Shown in pieces: positions 51,301-63,593 of a stretch of 64,000 nucleotides of DNA. The DNA is from Asterias rubens (lineage: Eukaryota). The notes under the pieces were generated by a model, which worked only from the letters and a program-made list of their open reading frames with translations, had not been told where the DNA came from and ran no database searches. The stretch's first letter is position 1, and every line of letters begins with the position of its first letter. The position numbers were made by a program, and so were the translations under genes. Location of the stretch: contig NC_047069.1 of assembly GCF_902459465.1 (NCBI RefSeq), forward strand, positions 17,112,001 through 17,176,000, written 5' to 3'.

Positions 51301-52162
51301 GGTTGCTGTTTGATAGGACATCATTTCGCACTGTTGATGATGTGAGAACTGCAGCCGGGACATTACTAAGTCTTGAAGACAAGACACTGAGATCTACCCT
51401 CAGAAGTTGGCATAAATCGCATTTCATCTTCGGTTTGGATACCAGCAAAGAGCACTTTCTATGCCTGATGGTCCGATATGGGTGAATTTGGAATGTATCC
51501 CTGCCAGTAATGGTAACTGGGATTTGACCAGCCGAACCTTCCTTCGATTTTACTAAAAGCGGATAGTCACCGTTTCCCGTGCAAACGTCATTCTCGCAGA
51601 TTATTCTTACCACACCTTCAACATCTGCATACCCTAATGATGCCGGAACATCCACAAACAAAGAACAACCTGAACCTGTTACATCGAATCCACACACATC
51701 AACCCTCCAAGAAACATCATTGAATATACTCAACTCCACTTCAGGGTAGCCACTCTCCCCGAACTTCATGACTTTCAACCTGTCGGGACCACGCCATGTC
51801 ATGCACCCATGTTGACTGGCCAATTCGATGACCCTGTTGCAAATTGAAGAGAGATCATCAAGTGAGAGATGGACAACAGCACAGCCTTGTGAACACTCAT
51901 GTTCAAAAAAGGTAGCAACCTTGATGTTGCATGAAGTTTGCTTTTGGAGTTTTAAAGCTTTATGCCACAGGTCTAGCTTCTTGAAGCAGTTATGGCAGAG
52001 AAATGGGGGATGGGTGCCAAGGACATCCTGACTGACATCCAAATCCAAGGCCTGAAGTATAACATCTCTATACTTTTCTTTATTGTGGGGTTTTCTCCTA
52101 TGCAGACCAGCGGCTCCCTTCTCTCCACATAGCCTGCAAACATCCCGTAGACATTCAGCCAT
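48386..52162 (-). CDS. P-element/THAP9-type transposase with a RAG1-N-terminal-like zinc domain; 5 exons (52162-~50330, 50070-49909, 49736-49547, 49141-49009, 48630-~48386); 1-nt frameshift in a T7 run at 49640-49646
   Basis: N-terminus CRLCG...DVSQDVLGTHPPFLCHNC. Catalytic FDEMKIK, SDGASAN and QDPLE. Splicing gives RNLH|FQKQDIKW, MATQ|VLS, RFK|WLQ and RIT(V)NSF. The 3' end is cut by the Harbinger TIR. Confidence 0.85.
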
Positions 52163-53149
52163 GGTTCAGACCATCACAACTTCTTCCTTGCAGACCATAG
52201 AGTCCTTTCTCTATGTTAAAAAAAGCTGAATATTGGAAAAAGCAAAATTGAAAACTATAAATACAAATGAGATGAGATAAAAATAGATGATAAACAATTT
52301 GGAAAATTCTGACATAAGCAATATTTACTTGAAAGGGAGCCCTACCACTTCCAGAAAATTGAAGATAATAATACTAATTAATTCAATTATTAATTAAGAA
52401 TTAAAAATTAACGATTAATTAAATTATAAACAAGGATAGGTCCTTGAAGTAAGTGGCTGCAGTTTCTACACTTGTGGTTACTTGGCTCAGTTAAATAAAA
52501 ATAAAAAAATGTTACAAAAAATTTAAACCAAGGTGTTGTTGAATCATGATGACAAACGAACATCAACTCTATGCCTATTTTTTTTTTACATCATGTAAAT
52601 GATACAACGAATTAAAAATCCAGGTAGCCTATATAGCATGCATGACAAACTGTGTGTTTAAAAAGCCTTCCAAGGCGTTTTCATGCAGTATAATTTCTGA
52701 AGATTCTATTTTATCTGTCAATTTTATTTTCATATTAACATAATATTTTTTGCTAAACACCACCCCTGTTTTCATACCGAAACATCAAGCGACCCAGTTT
52801 GTGTGTGCACAGCCCGGTCGGCTGAATATTTTGTGCGCATGTGTAACCTGCCTAGTAATAGGAAGTCAAATTGTAACACAATGGGAATGGCAAAAATGGC
52901 TCTTGAAAAACTCATGAGTTACATCTCCAAACAATGGAATGGTAATAAGGGTAGCGCCAAAAAAGAAAAATTTAAATTAGTAGGCGTGGAGGGAGGTGCA
53001 GGGTACCTTATCCTTCCCCCTACACAGTAATCTATACCATTAAATGTTACAGGTAACATTATCTTTGGCCATGATTCAAAGCATAGAATAAGCAATAAAC
53101 AGTTTCACAAACCGCAAATTCCTCAAGTGGTTTTGGTACTTTTCACGAC

Positions 53150-53510
53150 TGGGAGCACTGGGTTGTAGCCTTGCATATAACATTGTTCTGCGTAGCAAAT
53201 GTCTGCTCACAACTGAAGGTGTTATCGGATTCTTTTAGATGATCATTTGGGTTATAGAGAAGCTTACAATTTGGATCAACATGGTTGCGAAGATGCAGTC
53301 TGTCGGTGCACTTGTCTACGGATAACCACATGTCGCACCATGGGGAAGGTAGAGGAAGAAGCTTTCTTGCAACACACATGTTATCAACATGACACATGTT
53401 GTCGTATACGATAGGCAGTGAACACCATTCACTTGGAGGCAGTGCGGTCAAATGTATTCTGAGCCATGCAAGGAGGATCAGAAAAACTTGAGAAGGTGAT
53501 TCAGAGCTAC
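53150..53510 (-). pseudogene. KDZ (Kyakuja-Dileera-Zisupton)-type transposase fragment
   Basis: SESPSQV, YDNMCH, DRLHLRNHVD..C, NTFSCEQTF. Confidence 0.7.
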
Positions 53511-54309
53511 AAATAAAAAAAGCCACAATTAATAAAACCAAACACAAACAAAAACTCTGCCGCAGACATCAAGTAAAAGTGTATTTTGAATTGTTTTTAA
53601 TCTGCCGATACAAGGCGCTCTTACATTTGGTGACATCATTTTTATTAAAACGAGAGCTTTTCCCGATCTTTGCAAAACTTGTATTCTTCAATGGTACAGC
53701 ATCAAAAGGTGTAAATCAAACCAAAAAGGCCATTAAATAACACTTTTCCAAAGTATTTTACAGGTACTTTCAGTTTAAATAGGTCAAAGGTCAACAGAAG
53801 GTCACCGACATATCCATTTTTGTGATGTATGTCCAGCCCTTTCATATGATGTATAGATTGTCAAAATGGCTGATGTGGTTGATTGAGGAAATAGGAATTT
53901 ATACATTTTGACGACTGTAAAAGAGATTACTAAACCAAAAGGAAAATGTATGTGGAAAACGCCTTTAACACAGACTAGCGCAATCACTGTAGCGTGACTA
54001 TGCACTGCATACTACATGTGTTGTACATGGACATGTAAAATCTTTTTGCACGACCAATGGGGGAAATTTGTAGTTCTTTAGACATGAATTTTTTTAATGT
54101 TCAACACCCATTTTAAACCGGAAGACAAGGTCAAAATGGGGTCAAGTCTGTAAGTATGGGCAACTGAAAATATTAAAAACCTGTATTAATTTTAAATCTG
54201 AATGGTTAGTTTGAACCTAAAGTGTGATTATTAGACCTTGACAGATGGTCTTCTATTACAGTGAGTTCAACATCATTGACAAAATGTGATTAGGTCAAAT
54301 TAAGTCATT

Positions 54310-55360
54310 TAAACAGCTTCGTCCTTGTAGAGACATACATCTTCTTGGTTTAGATGGGTCGAGCGATATACTTTACGAAGAAAGAAAAAAAATTCAAAAT
54401 TTCCTTTAACTTCTGTTCCTATCCTCATCAGGAATCAAAGCAAGGAAATTGTCAACCTTGGTCTGGTTAAACAGGTCACGAGCAAAGTTGCCTGGCATCA
54501 TTAACTTGGGCACTAACCCAATCGTCTCCATTAAGTGATCGTTAAACTTCTTCTCTGCATCATCAAACATGGGTTTGAAGTCTCGAGTGGTGTCCCAGCT
54601 TTGGAAGCAGGCAATTTCACATATTATGACTTTCTTGAAGAAATTACCCAAATTGATGTCGGCATGGGTTGCATCCAGGAGCTTGTGTTTGGGGTGAGAC
54701 CTAAGAACTGGGTAAGACTGTACACCCCTGGCAACTTCTGACAGCTCAGCAGCTGAAACATTTTCAGGGTTGACCTGGAGGTATTGGGCAGTGGCTTTTG
54801 TTTCTTCATAGCTTCGTGAAATGCAGAAAGTGCCCAACTAGCTCTTCGCCGTCTCCTTTCTTCTATGTTGTAGAGTGCAGACGTACCTTGATCCACTCCC
54901 CTGTAAACTAAACTGCCCTCTGCCCGGTCCAGCTTCTCGTCGATCATGCTATTGAAGAACTTCTGCTTATGTTTCCTCCATACAGAATAAATATTCACTG
55001 AAAGCTCTTTTCCGTAAAGCACCTCCTGATCATGCTCCATGCCTTCAAGTAGTACAACAGCAGACGATCTGTTGTTCTCATCCCCTATTGCCTCAATGAG
55101 GGGCCGAGTTATGAAAGTGGAATCAGGTTTATCGGGCTCATACACCGTTACTCTCTCCCCATCCTTCTCCACCTCCCACTTGATGATCGCAAAGGCTGCC
55201 CAGAAGGCCTTGTCTGGCAATAGACGATCCCTCGCTGTCTTGATGATGGAAACAACTCCCATTCCATGTGCCCCGTCCTTCACAGTTGTGAGGATACAGT
55301 GATCTTCTTCAGGGTTCAGTCCTGCCTTGTTCATGCCCTCAATATTAAGTACACTGGGCT
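54310..55360 (-). pseudogene. RAG1L: RAG1-like (RAG1L) transposase core fragment, decayed
   Basis: IEGM...TTVKDGAHGMGVVS (RAG1 ILEGM...VVVKESCDGMGDVS), PDKAF, VYEPDKP.S, IGDENN, MIDEKL, GSRYVCTL (other frame), LDATHADIN, PKLMMPGNFARDLF, LIPDE, LKEILNFF..LRKVYRS. Frameshifts; the region with the third catalytic residue is missing. Confidence 0.85.
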
Positions 55361-55637
55361 TGGCTGTACAGGATCCACAGGGGGATGGACCTGCTGAGCA
55401 TAGTCAACTCAATTCAATAACTTATTTGTCCATTAAAAAGATAAAAACGGAAAAATTTACATGTCAAAACATTGAAAAAAGCTCCAAGGCAGAAACAAAT
55501 ACAGAAATATGTATAAAACTATGATTTAAACATACCCAGCATAGATATGTCTTTGTTCTGGTCGGCAAGACAAAGGGGCACTACTGGAGCCACAGCTTTG
55601 AGAAGGTCCATCGCTTCGCAATGAAGAACTCTGGATC

Positions 55638-55657
55638 ATAATAATAATAATAATAAC

Positions 55658-55703
<46 letters not shown>
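55638..55703. repeat. (AAT)n microsatellite, the 3' tail of the L2 element
   Basis: Direct reading; follows ggcgcattataaatg on the minus strand. Confidence 0.9.
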
Positions 55704-55704
<1 letters not shown>

Positions 55705-57062
55705 ATTTATAATGCGCCATCTATCTAGTGTACAAGACCGAAGCGCAGAACAAAAAAAACAATACATACAACAAAAAAGAAATGTAGAACATAATAATAA
55801 AAATTATACAATGAATAATCTACTGTCTACTGTCAAGACATGTAACGAGCTAAGTGTAAGAGGATTCAAATAAATGAGTTTTAAGCAAGTTTTTAAACAA
55901 TGGAAGAGAACTACAGCACCTGATGTTATTAGGTAAAGCGTTCCAAAGTTTAGTAGCACAAGCGGAAAAGGCACGATCGCCATACGATGAGGAAGTTCTA
56001 GGAATAGTTAAAAGGGACTTAGCAGAAGAACGAAGAGTGCGAGAGGGGGCATAAGGTACAAGGAGATTTGCAATATAAGACGGAGTCATGCCGAACTGAG
56101 ATTTAAATGCAATAAGTAGAATTTTGAATTGAATTCGTTGTCGAATGGGTAGCCAGTGAAGTTCCTGCAATATAGGTGTAATATGATCATGTTTTTTAGA
56201 TTTTGTTAAAACACGAGCGGCAGCATTTTGTAAAAGTTGTAGTTTGTGGAGCTGGTGTTTGGTAATAGGGAATTACCATTGTCAAGGCGAGAAGTGACCA
56301 AAGAATGTATGATAGTAGCAGCAGTTTTATGTGATAAGGTTTTTCGAATGGTATTAACAGTTCTTAAGTAATAGTATGTCGATTGACAGATTCTGCTGAC
56401 ATGTTTATCCATGGATAGTGTGTTATCAAAAATAACTCCCAAATTACACGCACAAGGTGAGGCGTGAATAGATGTCTGGGAGTTATAATGAGAAATTCAG
56501 TTTTATCATCATTTAGTTTTAGCTTGTTAATTGTCATCCACGACTTAATCTCAGATATGCAGGCTTTGGCACACTGGCGAGCCGATTCCTCACTATTGGG
56601 TATGTTTAAATCAAATGGTAAATAGAGCTGTGTGTCATCCGCATAGGCATGTACCCGCAAGCCATGTTTACGAGCAATATTGGCAATTGGGCTAGCATAG
56701 ATTGTAAAAAGCAACTGCCCCAGAACTGATCCTTGGGGCACGCCGTAAGGGAGTGGATCAAAGTCAGACAGGACACTAGCAATGTTCACTGACTGGGTCC
56801 TGTTACTGAGATATGATTGTAGCCACTTCAGAGCTGAGCCCTTGACACCAATTGATGCAATGCGAGAATAAAGTACGTCATGGTCAATGGTGTCAAAGGC
56901 TGTGGAAAGATCAAGAAGAATAAGAAATACACCAAATTTATCATCCAGTTCACATAAAATATCATTTTGTACCCTCAATAAAGCTGTTTCTGTACTGTGG
57001 AATTTTCTGTAAGCTGATTGAAAGTGTTCATATAGGTTGTGAGAAGATAAAAGATAAAACAA
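55640..57062 (-). mobile_element. 5'-truncated L2/CR1-clade LINE (RT domain and 3' end)
   Basis: QSAYRKFHSTETAL, LDLSTAFDTIDH, GVPQGSVLG, YADDTQLY, LHWLPIRQRI.FK; (TAT)n tail. Confidence 0.92.
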
Positions 57063-57689
57063 TTAATTATAAAATACCATGTTATGAAACAAAGAAGTAT
57101 GTACATAAAAGTGTGTAGCCAGACGCTGCTCAGATATTATGTCTGTGTCCAGTAAGAGGTATCCGTCACTGTTTCCTGGTACCATTTCTATGCTTCTGCT
57201 GATATCAGATACACTTATTCTGTATACATCACAAGTTTATTTTACTAGCGTTATTGTGTTGTGTACAACAAAAACAATTACCCTTTATTTCTATCCATTA
57301 AAAAGAATGTTACTATCAATGAAACATACTTGTACCCAAAAGTTTCCATGTCAAGTTCATACCTCCCAAGTAAGCCTTGCAACAATGTGTTGTCCAATCC
57401 TGGCTACCATCAACAATGAGTACAGCTCCTGTCTTCCTCTTTCTTGTTAATTCTCTGAAAATCAGAAGAAGGTAGTTCACATGTTCTTGGATGGTCATCT
57501 TGTAAAACTTTGATGACCATGGTCACATTAGATGGTTCCAGTTCTGGGGATGAAGAAATGGGGATATCCAATTCATCTTTCACACTCTTTGGGGCGTCAT
57601 CCTTTCTGGTCAGTTCCATGTAACCACATGGGGTGACAAGATAAGCCTGATCCTTGAGGGAAATCATGACCGGGACATATAGGCGAGTC

Positions 57690-57990
57690 GTTCAGCTGTC
57701 TTAATCAGATGGGGAACATCCGAGAAGAAGAAAACATGCCGTGAATAATCGACCGTACTGAGTACACAGTAGACATCCTTACTCTTGTCGTCCTCTTCAC
57801 GGCACATACGGTAAAACTTTCTGTTCTGCGATGCACCGTCAGAGACCATCGCTCGTACAACAAACCCTGCTGACTCCAACATAATAACAGCATCAAGAAG
57901 CAATAGATAGAGCTGATGACTAGTTACTCCAATAGTCGGATAATAGCCAACAGTTTCTTGTGGTCGGCTGAGGCAGGAAACTACTGGCGG
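57690..57990 (-). pseudogene. P-element-type transposase fragment (fourth piece)
   Basis: VGYYPTIGVTSHQLY, LESAGFVVRAMVSDGASQNRKFY, FFSDVPHLIKT. Confidence 0.8.
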
Positions 57991-58539
57991 ACTTCTGAAC
58001 TTTATGCATAGCAGAATGAAGATCCGTACGATGAATTTTACTCACATCATACCTGGTCTGAGGCTTGGAGATGAGCAGCGCACACAACTCGAATTGTGGT
58101 CACCAGATGTGTCTGAAACAAATCTCTGGGAGTGTTTCGCATTCTCACAACACCTGGTCACGAAATCATCAATGCGCTCCCCATTCCTCTGACTTTAACG
58201 CATTAATTCTAAGTGGTGGACACAAAAATTTACTTTAACATGTAGCTGATCATCAAACAATGCCCAAATTTTGGAGGGTCAAGTTGAGCCTTTTCAGCCC
58301 TTGAGTGTCCAGCTCTGTCTTTTGTTGCCGGAAAAGCACTGTAGCACCCCAGTTCATTTCTGGACAAGTCTTGAGTAATAACAATTGTCCAAACGTTAAT
58401 TTCCACTCCCGAGGAGTAAAAATTTATTCCGGTAACTTTAGCACCATAACGGCTGTTGGCTGATGATGTCTCGTGTTTGTTGATATAGTCGACATGTATG
58501 ATTTTTGACTGCGGAATAATGATGCGTACCATTTTCCAA

Positions 58540-59071
58540 TATTAGTTTATTATGGCTGGCATCATGTGCACGCTCTAGTTGCGTGGCAGTTTTTAGCCCG
58601 TCGGGCAGAGTTGTGGCGCCACATTCATGCACCTTCAGCTGAAGATATGGAGATAAACCGGGGACAAAACGGCGGAACAGTTCGCCATCGTTCGCCTCCT
58701 TACCATAGGTAGAGAATGCTTCGTGCACTAGGCGGGTTATGTCTGCGGCAAAAACCTCAAGGGCTTCACCGGGGAGCCGGGGGCGGGCATTTATGCATGA
58801 CTGAAATTTTGTGTGATGGTGCACAAATACAGATTTCAACTCTAATTTGACTTTGTCATAGACGTCCTTTGTTGTCATGGGCAAACTGTCCCATAAGGTA
58901 AAAGCCGCTCCGCTCAGTTTGGCGGGCAGAATGGTGGCGAGTTGGGGATGTTGGACCTTATTTGAGTCGACGGCACCAGATGCCATCACCAGAGAATGGG
59001 GCCAGAAGATCCGTTTTAAAATAAAGGGAAGGGGGAGAGGAGCTAGAGGCAGGGCATGGAGGGTTAGCCAT
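58540..59071 (-). pseudogene. Ty3/Gypsy-type gag fragment
   Basis: APFSGDG..W.RR (upstream frame), LPAKLSGAAF.LWDSL, R.PGEALEVFAADI.RLV..AF, RRFV.GL...LQ.KVHE. Confidence 0.65.
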
Positions 59072-60459
59072 GGCAAAGTCAAACCACAATACTATGTGTA
59101 CCAAAACAATTTAAAATGACTAAGATGTCGGTGTGGACAATAGTGATAGGATAAGAGTCTCAACCATAATGAGCAAAATACACCGATAATGTGAGCACCA
59201 CTAAAAAAGTTTAAAAGATATACATATATAGACAATAAGATTGGTAAAGTGTGACTGCCTCAATAGTACAAATGCTTTTAAAGAGCAATAATGCAACAAT
59301 AGAAATCAAAAGTGAGAAGAATACAAAATATAGGGGACCAATACTTTAGAGTATAGTATGTACATAAAAATTGATGCGAAAGAGGACACAAATATCAAAA
59401 TATGCCAGCCACTATGCATGAAGTGAGAAATGGTTCCTGACCATTAATTTAGGACGGGTGATACTCTTTGAAATACCATTCACTTAAAAAAATATATTTT
59501 TATTGTTTGGGGCCAAAAATCTGACATAGCATCTTTAAAGCCTCTTTCCAGTCAGTATGAAATGTACCAGAAACTAATGATGAGTTTATAATGTTGGTAA
59601 TTACTGGAAGCAAAACATCAAGGCACTATCTGGAAATGAATCCCTGATTTTCTTAACACAGCAACTAGGAATAGTACTCTATTTCCAGCACCTGGCCTAC
59701 CGTGGTGCCACAGCACAGTGCTAAAGTTGAATCAAGTTCATCCACTGAAATGCTTATCGGAGTACTGGTAAATAAAGCGAAGGCTTCTTGGAAGACCTCT
59801 GGAGTGACTGGTGATCGTATCACACACTCTGGATTGATACTCACTGTCAGTTTTCCTTTGATAGCCAGTTTTAACACCGCCCTCAAATGATCTGCTGACC
59901 CAGGATCAGAGTGCATGTCATTCTTAGTCATGATTTTAATCTGAAATGTAAGATCAAATGAATATTTTTTTTTTTACAAACCTTGGCCTCTGGAATGCAC
60001 ACTTGTGAAAACCAGTTTCTAAGTTAACTTGGATGTTCTTCATCCCTTGGAGTTTTTGACTTCAAAACGGCATTGTTGCAATGGTGTTTTAATGGGCACA
60101 TCTACGAAGCATTGCCAAGACAGTTTCCTTCATGCTTGCCATTCCATTGTCATGTTTACTGACCATCTTATCCAGATGGAAGTCACACACAGGTACAATT
60201 CACATTCTAAACACAATCAATCAAGACAGAAACAATAATCAGTCGTTAAAAAAAATTTTATGCAGCAAAATAACATTTACTCCGACAAGATTGAGAAATT
60301 CAGCATGTTAAAAAACAAAACTTCTTTTCTTATGTATCTAATCGATTCAAAAACTAAATACAACCTGTACAGTGTACATGATAGATATCCCTAATAAATG
60401 TACATAATCACCCTGATTGAAAAATACTGACAGCACTGGTATATTGCAAAAGGTATGTT

Positions 60460-62331
60460 ATGTTGACTAGATGTAGTCAACTGAGTTTGCCTGAATTTAT
60501 TGAACAAAGGTGAAAATCTTGGTTTGGCTCTCACTGTTCTTGTGAAAATCTGTTAGTTTTTTATGTAAGCCATTAAAGTCAAGTTTATGTAGGCCTACAA
60601 TCACTAGAGTATTTAATTTTTAGAAGTCATGATTGGTGTCTAGAAACGATACATGTACATTTTATGCAGGCATGATATTCTTCCTACTTTGGTCTGATTT
60701 ATAGATTTTTTTATTGCCCTTTTTTGGAGAAAAAAAATGAAACTATAGTGATTAAAAACCCTGACAAATCTGTTTATAAGCCAATCCCATTTATGACATG
60801 CATGTCAAACATTGTCAGATTGTACTTAATAAAAGGTTCCTACTTTTAGGGCCAAATTTCATTTCCGTTATGTAAGTGAGTGACCATGCTATTTTGGCTA
60901 GATGTAGCCAGCTGAGTGTGCCATATAACTATTTGATGGACACCAAATCCCACTTTAGTGTAGGCACCTGTGCCTGTCATTGAGAATATAGTGGGAATTC
61001 TAATTTGGCTCCTACCCAACTGAGAATGCCATTCTGAATACATGAACCTTAGCTAGTAGAGGTAACCAATCCAGCGAGCAATCCAAAATATTTAATAGAT
61101 ATTCAATTTGCATCGGGATAAAGAATATGCATTTTGGTTTTTACCTATATATACACCGATGTCTGTTACCTTGGTATACTCAGCACTCATTTTACTCGAG
61201 TTCTGTGAAAAAATCACAGGCATGTTACTTGGGTGGGATGCGAACCCATGACCTTTGCAATTCTAGAGTAGTGTCATACCAACTAGACCAACAAGATTGC
61301 CCGGTAAATCAATCCATAATGCCAATAATAAAATGGGACACATCTCTGGTAAGCTGTTTTTGCTAGATGTAGCTAATCAAGATTACCAGAATTAAGATTC
61401 CTGCACCTATAACGCTGTACTGTAGTGGTGTTTCTAATTCAGCTAGATGTAGCTGATTGAGACTGCCATTGCTCATTTCAGCCACTCCATCTGAAATGGC
61501 AGGCCATGGTCTGAATCTGTGGCTGTGGCTTATCATCCTTCAAACAAGGGTTGTGGGATAAGTTGCCCATAGCAACATCCTAAGCCACAAGATAACCACA
61601 TCCATCAACTCAGACATGTTCATACCGTGGCAGGATATGTACACATACATGTAGCATCACAAACTTGTGGTCGCCACTGTGTTCCCTTCTGCATTGTAGT
61701 GGTATACTAGTTTGGCCAGGTGTGGCTGAATGAGAATGCCAATAATACATGCAAAGAAATTGCTTGCTGGATCATCTGGATGTTAGACTAGTGAAGTATC
61801 TATAAATGACATACTAGTTTGGCTAAATGCAGCTGGATGAGCATGTCATTAAAGATAAGGATACCAATGTCCGATAATTTGCATCATTTAAGATTTAAAG
61901 AAGGTACAGGTGCAAAAACAGTCATCACTAAAAGAAATATAAAAAGAAAAATTGTTTTTTTTTGGACCAGATGGAATTGGGTTAGAACTTCTTGTAAGTG
62001 AAACATGCCTTGCAGGCAGTTGATTTGCACCATTCTAATCTTTATTTAGGATTTACACAAATTTCATGTGCAAAATCCTAGTATTGTACATGTGGCCTTT
62101 CAAACTGATTTTACTAAAACATGATCATAAATATTTCAAAGAGTCCTATGGGAGCCAAATCAAGATTTCATGAGAGCTTGGATGCACCGATTTGAAATAC
62201 TTTGAAGAAGTTTTGAAATTTTACTGACTGAGTCAACCCTGTCAGTTCGATATGATTGTGGATTCAGCTGCAACATATTCTTTAATTCAGGGAATAAGTG
62301 TCGTTGAATCTCGCTTAAACACCTTAATTAG
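60460..62331. repeat. Non-autonomous repeat module with GCTAGATGTAGC motif array (copy 3)
   Basis: Colinear with 8700-10440, same orientation; ends gtgtcgttgaatctcgcttaaacacc+ttaa. Confidence 0.8.
61130..61310 (-). mobile_element. tRNA-derived SINE inserted in the repeat module
   Basis: Minus strand ggtctagttggtatgacac...ggttcgcatcccac (A/B-box-like); absent from copy 2. Confidence 0.6.
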
Positions 62332-62889
62332 AATTTATGCTTTCCCTTATGATTAGTTGGTCTCTTCTTTCATAATTCCTCTACCACATAAGTTATTTTG
62401 ACAATCTGTACATCAAATGAAAGATATACTTACAAATTTCTGCATGACATCACCATGGATAAGTCTACTAACTTTCATTAAAAACCTGAACACCTAGTGT
62501 TTGTAAATTAACAAACACTACATTTCAAGTTCCTCAGCGATGGTCAAGCCGGTGTCTCATTTTAGTGTGTCTACAAAGGAGAGACATCGTCTCCCTACAC
62601 AATACATATACAATACACTATACTAGAAAACACGTCTTGTCCGAGTTCGTCCACTAATCACACTGATCCGCTTGTCGCTACACACTACATGTAGCCGCCT
62701 GGTGCCATGCCTCTACACATGCGGTCTTAAATCCCCAACTGCGCACCTGCACCCTGCCGGTCTGGGTCAGCGTTACGCTCCGCTCACTTGCATCGCCCAG
62801 TCACGCAGCAAATACCTGCATAAAACACATAGGCTAAAATAGACAGTCACATGTCCGTCACATGCATTTCTGCTATAATATGTTTAAAA

Positions 62890-63593
62890 TATTGATATAT
62901 AAAAGGCACAAAGGTCTGACATGGAGGCCAAGGCGGTGTCCATCTTTTTGGACTGAGGGGGCATGTTGCCGTTTCTGATGGCGTCATTTAGTTTGGTTAC
63001 AAGTTCTGTTTCCATGTGGGTTAACATACGTATGGCAAATTTGTCAAACTTATATGAGCTTGGCACTTTGTAAAGGTCATAAACTGCCAAAATCAAGTTG
63101 AAAAATGAAGAAACCTTCTGTGGGCTTCTTGGCGTTCAACGGGAGCAGGCCGGAAACATTGGGGAGTCAAAATAAGGAAACGGTCTAACAGCCCTTGGCC
63201 TTCATCCATTGTCACCAGCAACTTCGTGAGTGGTTGAACTTGGGTGCTTCTGAATATGGAGAAGGGGGTTCCAGCTGGTATTTTCCTATCTTTCTGGGTA
63301 CCTAGAGTTTGCAAAGCTTCCTCTCAAGAGAAGAGGTCACAGAACAGTGAGTCTGTATTATTAGGGCCGTCGTCTGTCTTGATCAGTTTGGAAATGACAT
63401 CATAAATTTCTGCCGACAACAAAAAGCTTTTTTTGTCACTTGATAATTTGTTGAACAGTCCGAAGGGAGTTGCTTTCTCAATGAGAAATGAAATTAGTTT
63501 CTTGTCATCCATCAGTTGGTCTCGAGGCACCAATCTTGATGGCTTGGGAAAGTCTGAAGCTGGTCCTGAAACTATGGGATTGTGTACTGCCAT
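62890..63593 (-). pseudogene. DUF3987/YfjI-like P-loop ATPase (helicase-like) fragment
   Basis: Frameshifted GPAS..(K)SQAI, LLSAEI, LFCDLFS, PFSIF.STQ.QPL, GQGLLDRFL...P. Confidence 0.55.

Noticed and set aside
52200-54300. RAG2L gene convergent with RAG1L
   Set aside because: No plus-strand ORF with kelch or PHD features; the region holds a KDZ fragment and non-coding DNA.
55526-55720. Poly-Ile membrane protein ORF
   Set aside because: It is the translation of the (AAT)n LINE tail.
57410-57667. Additional RAG1L segment (TPCGY resembling LLPGY)
   Set aside because: The similarity is trivial and the order relative to the other RAG1L pieces is wrong.
59665-59931. 88-aa ORF as a gene
   Set aside because: No motif recognised and no support from other copies.
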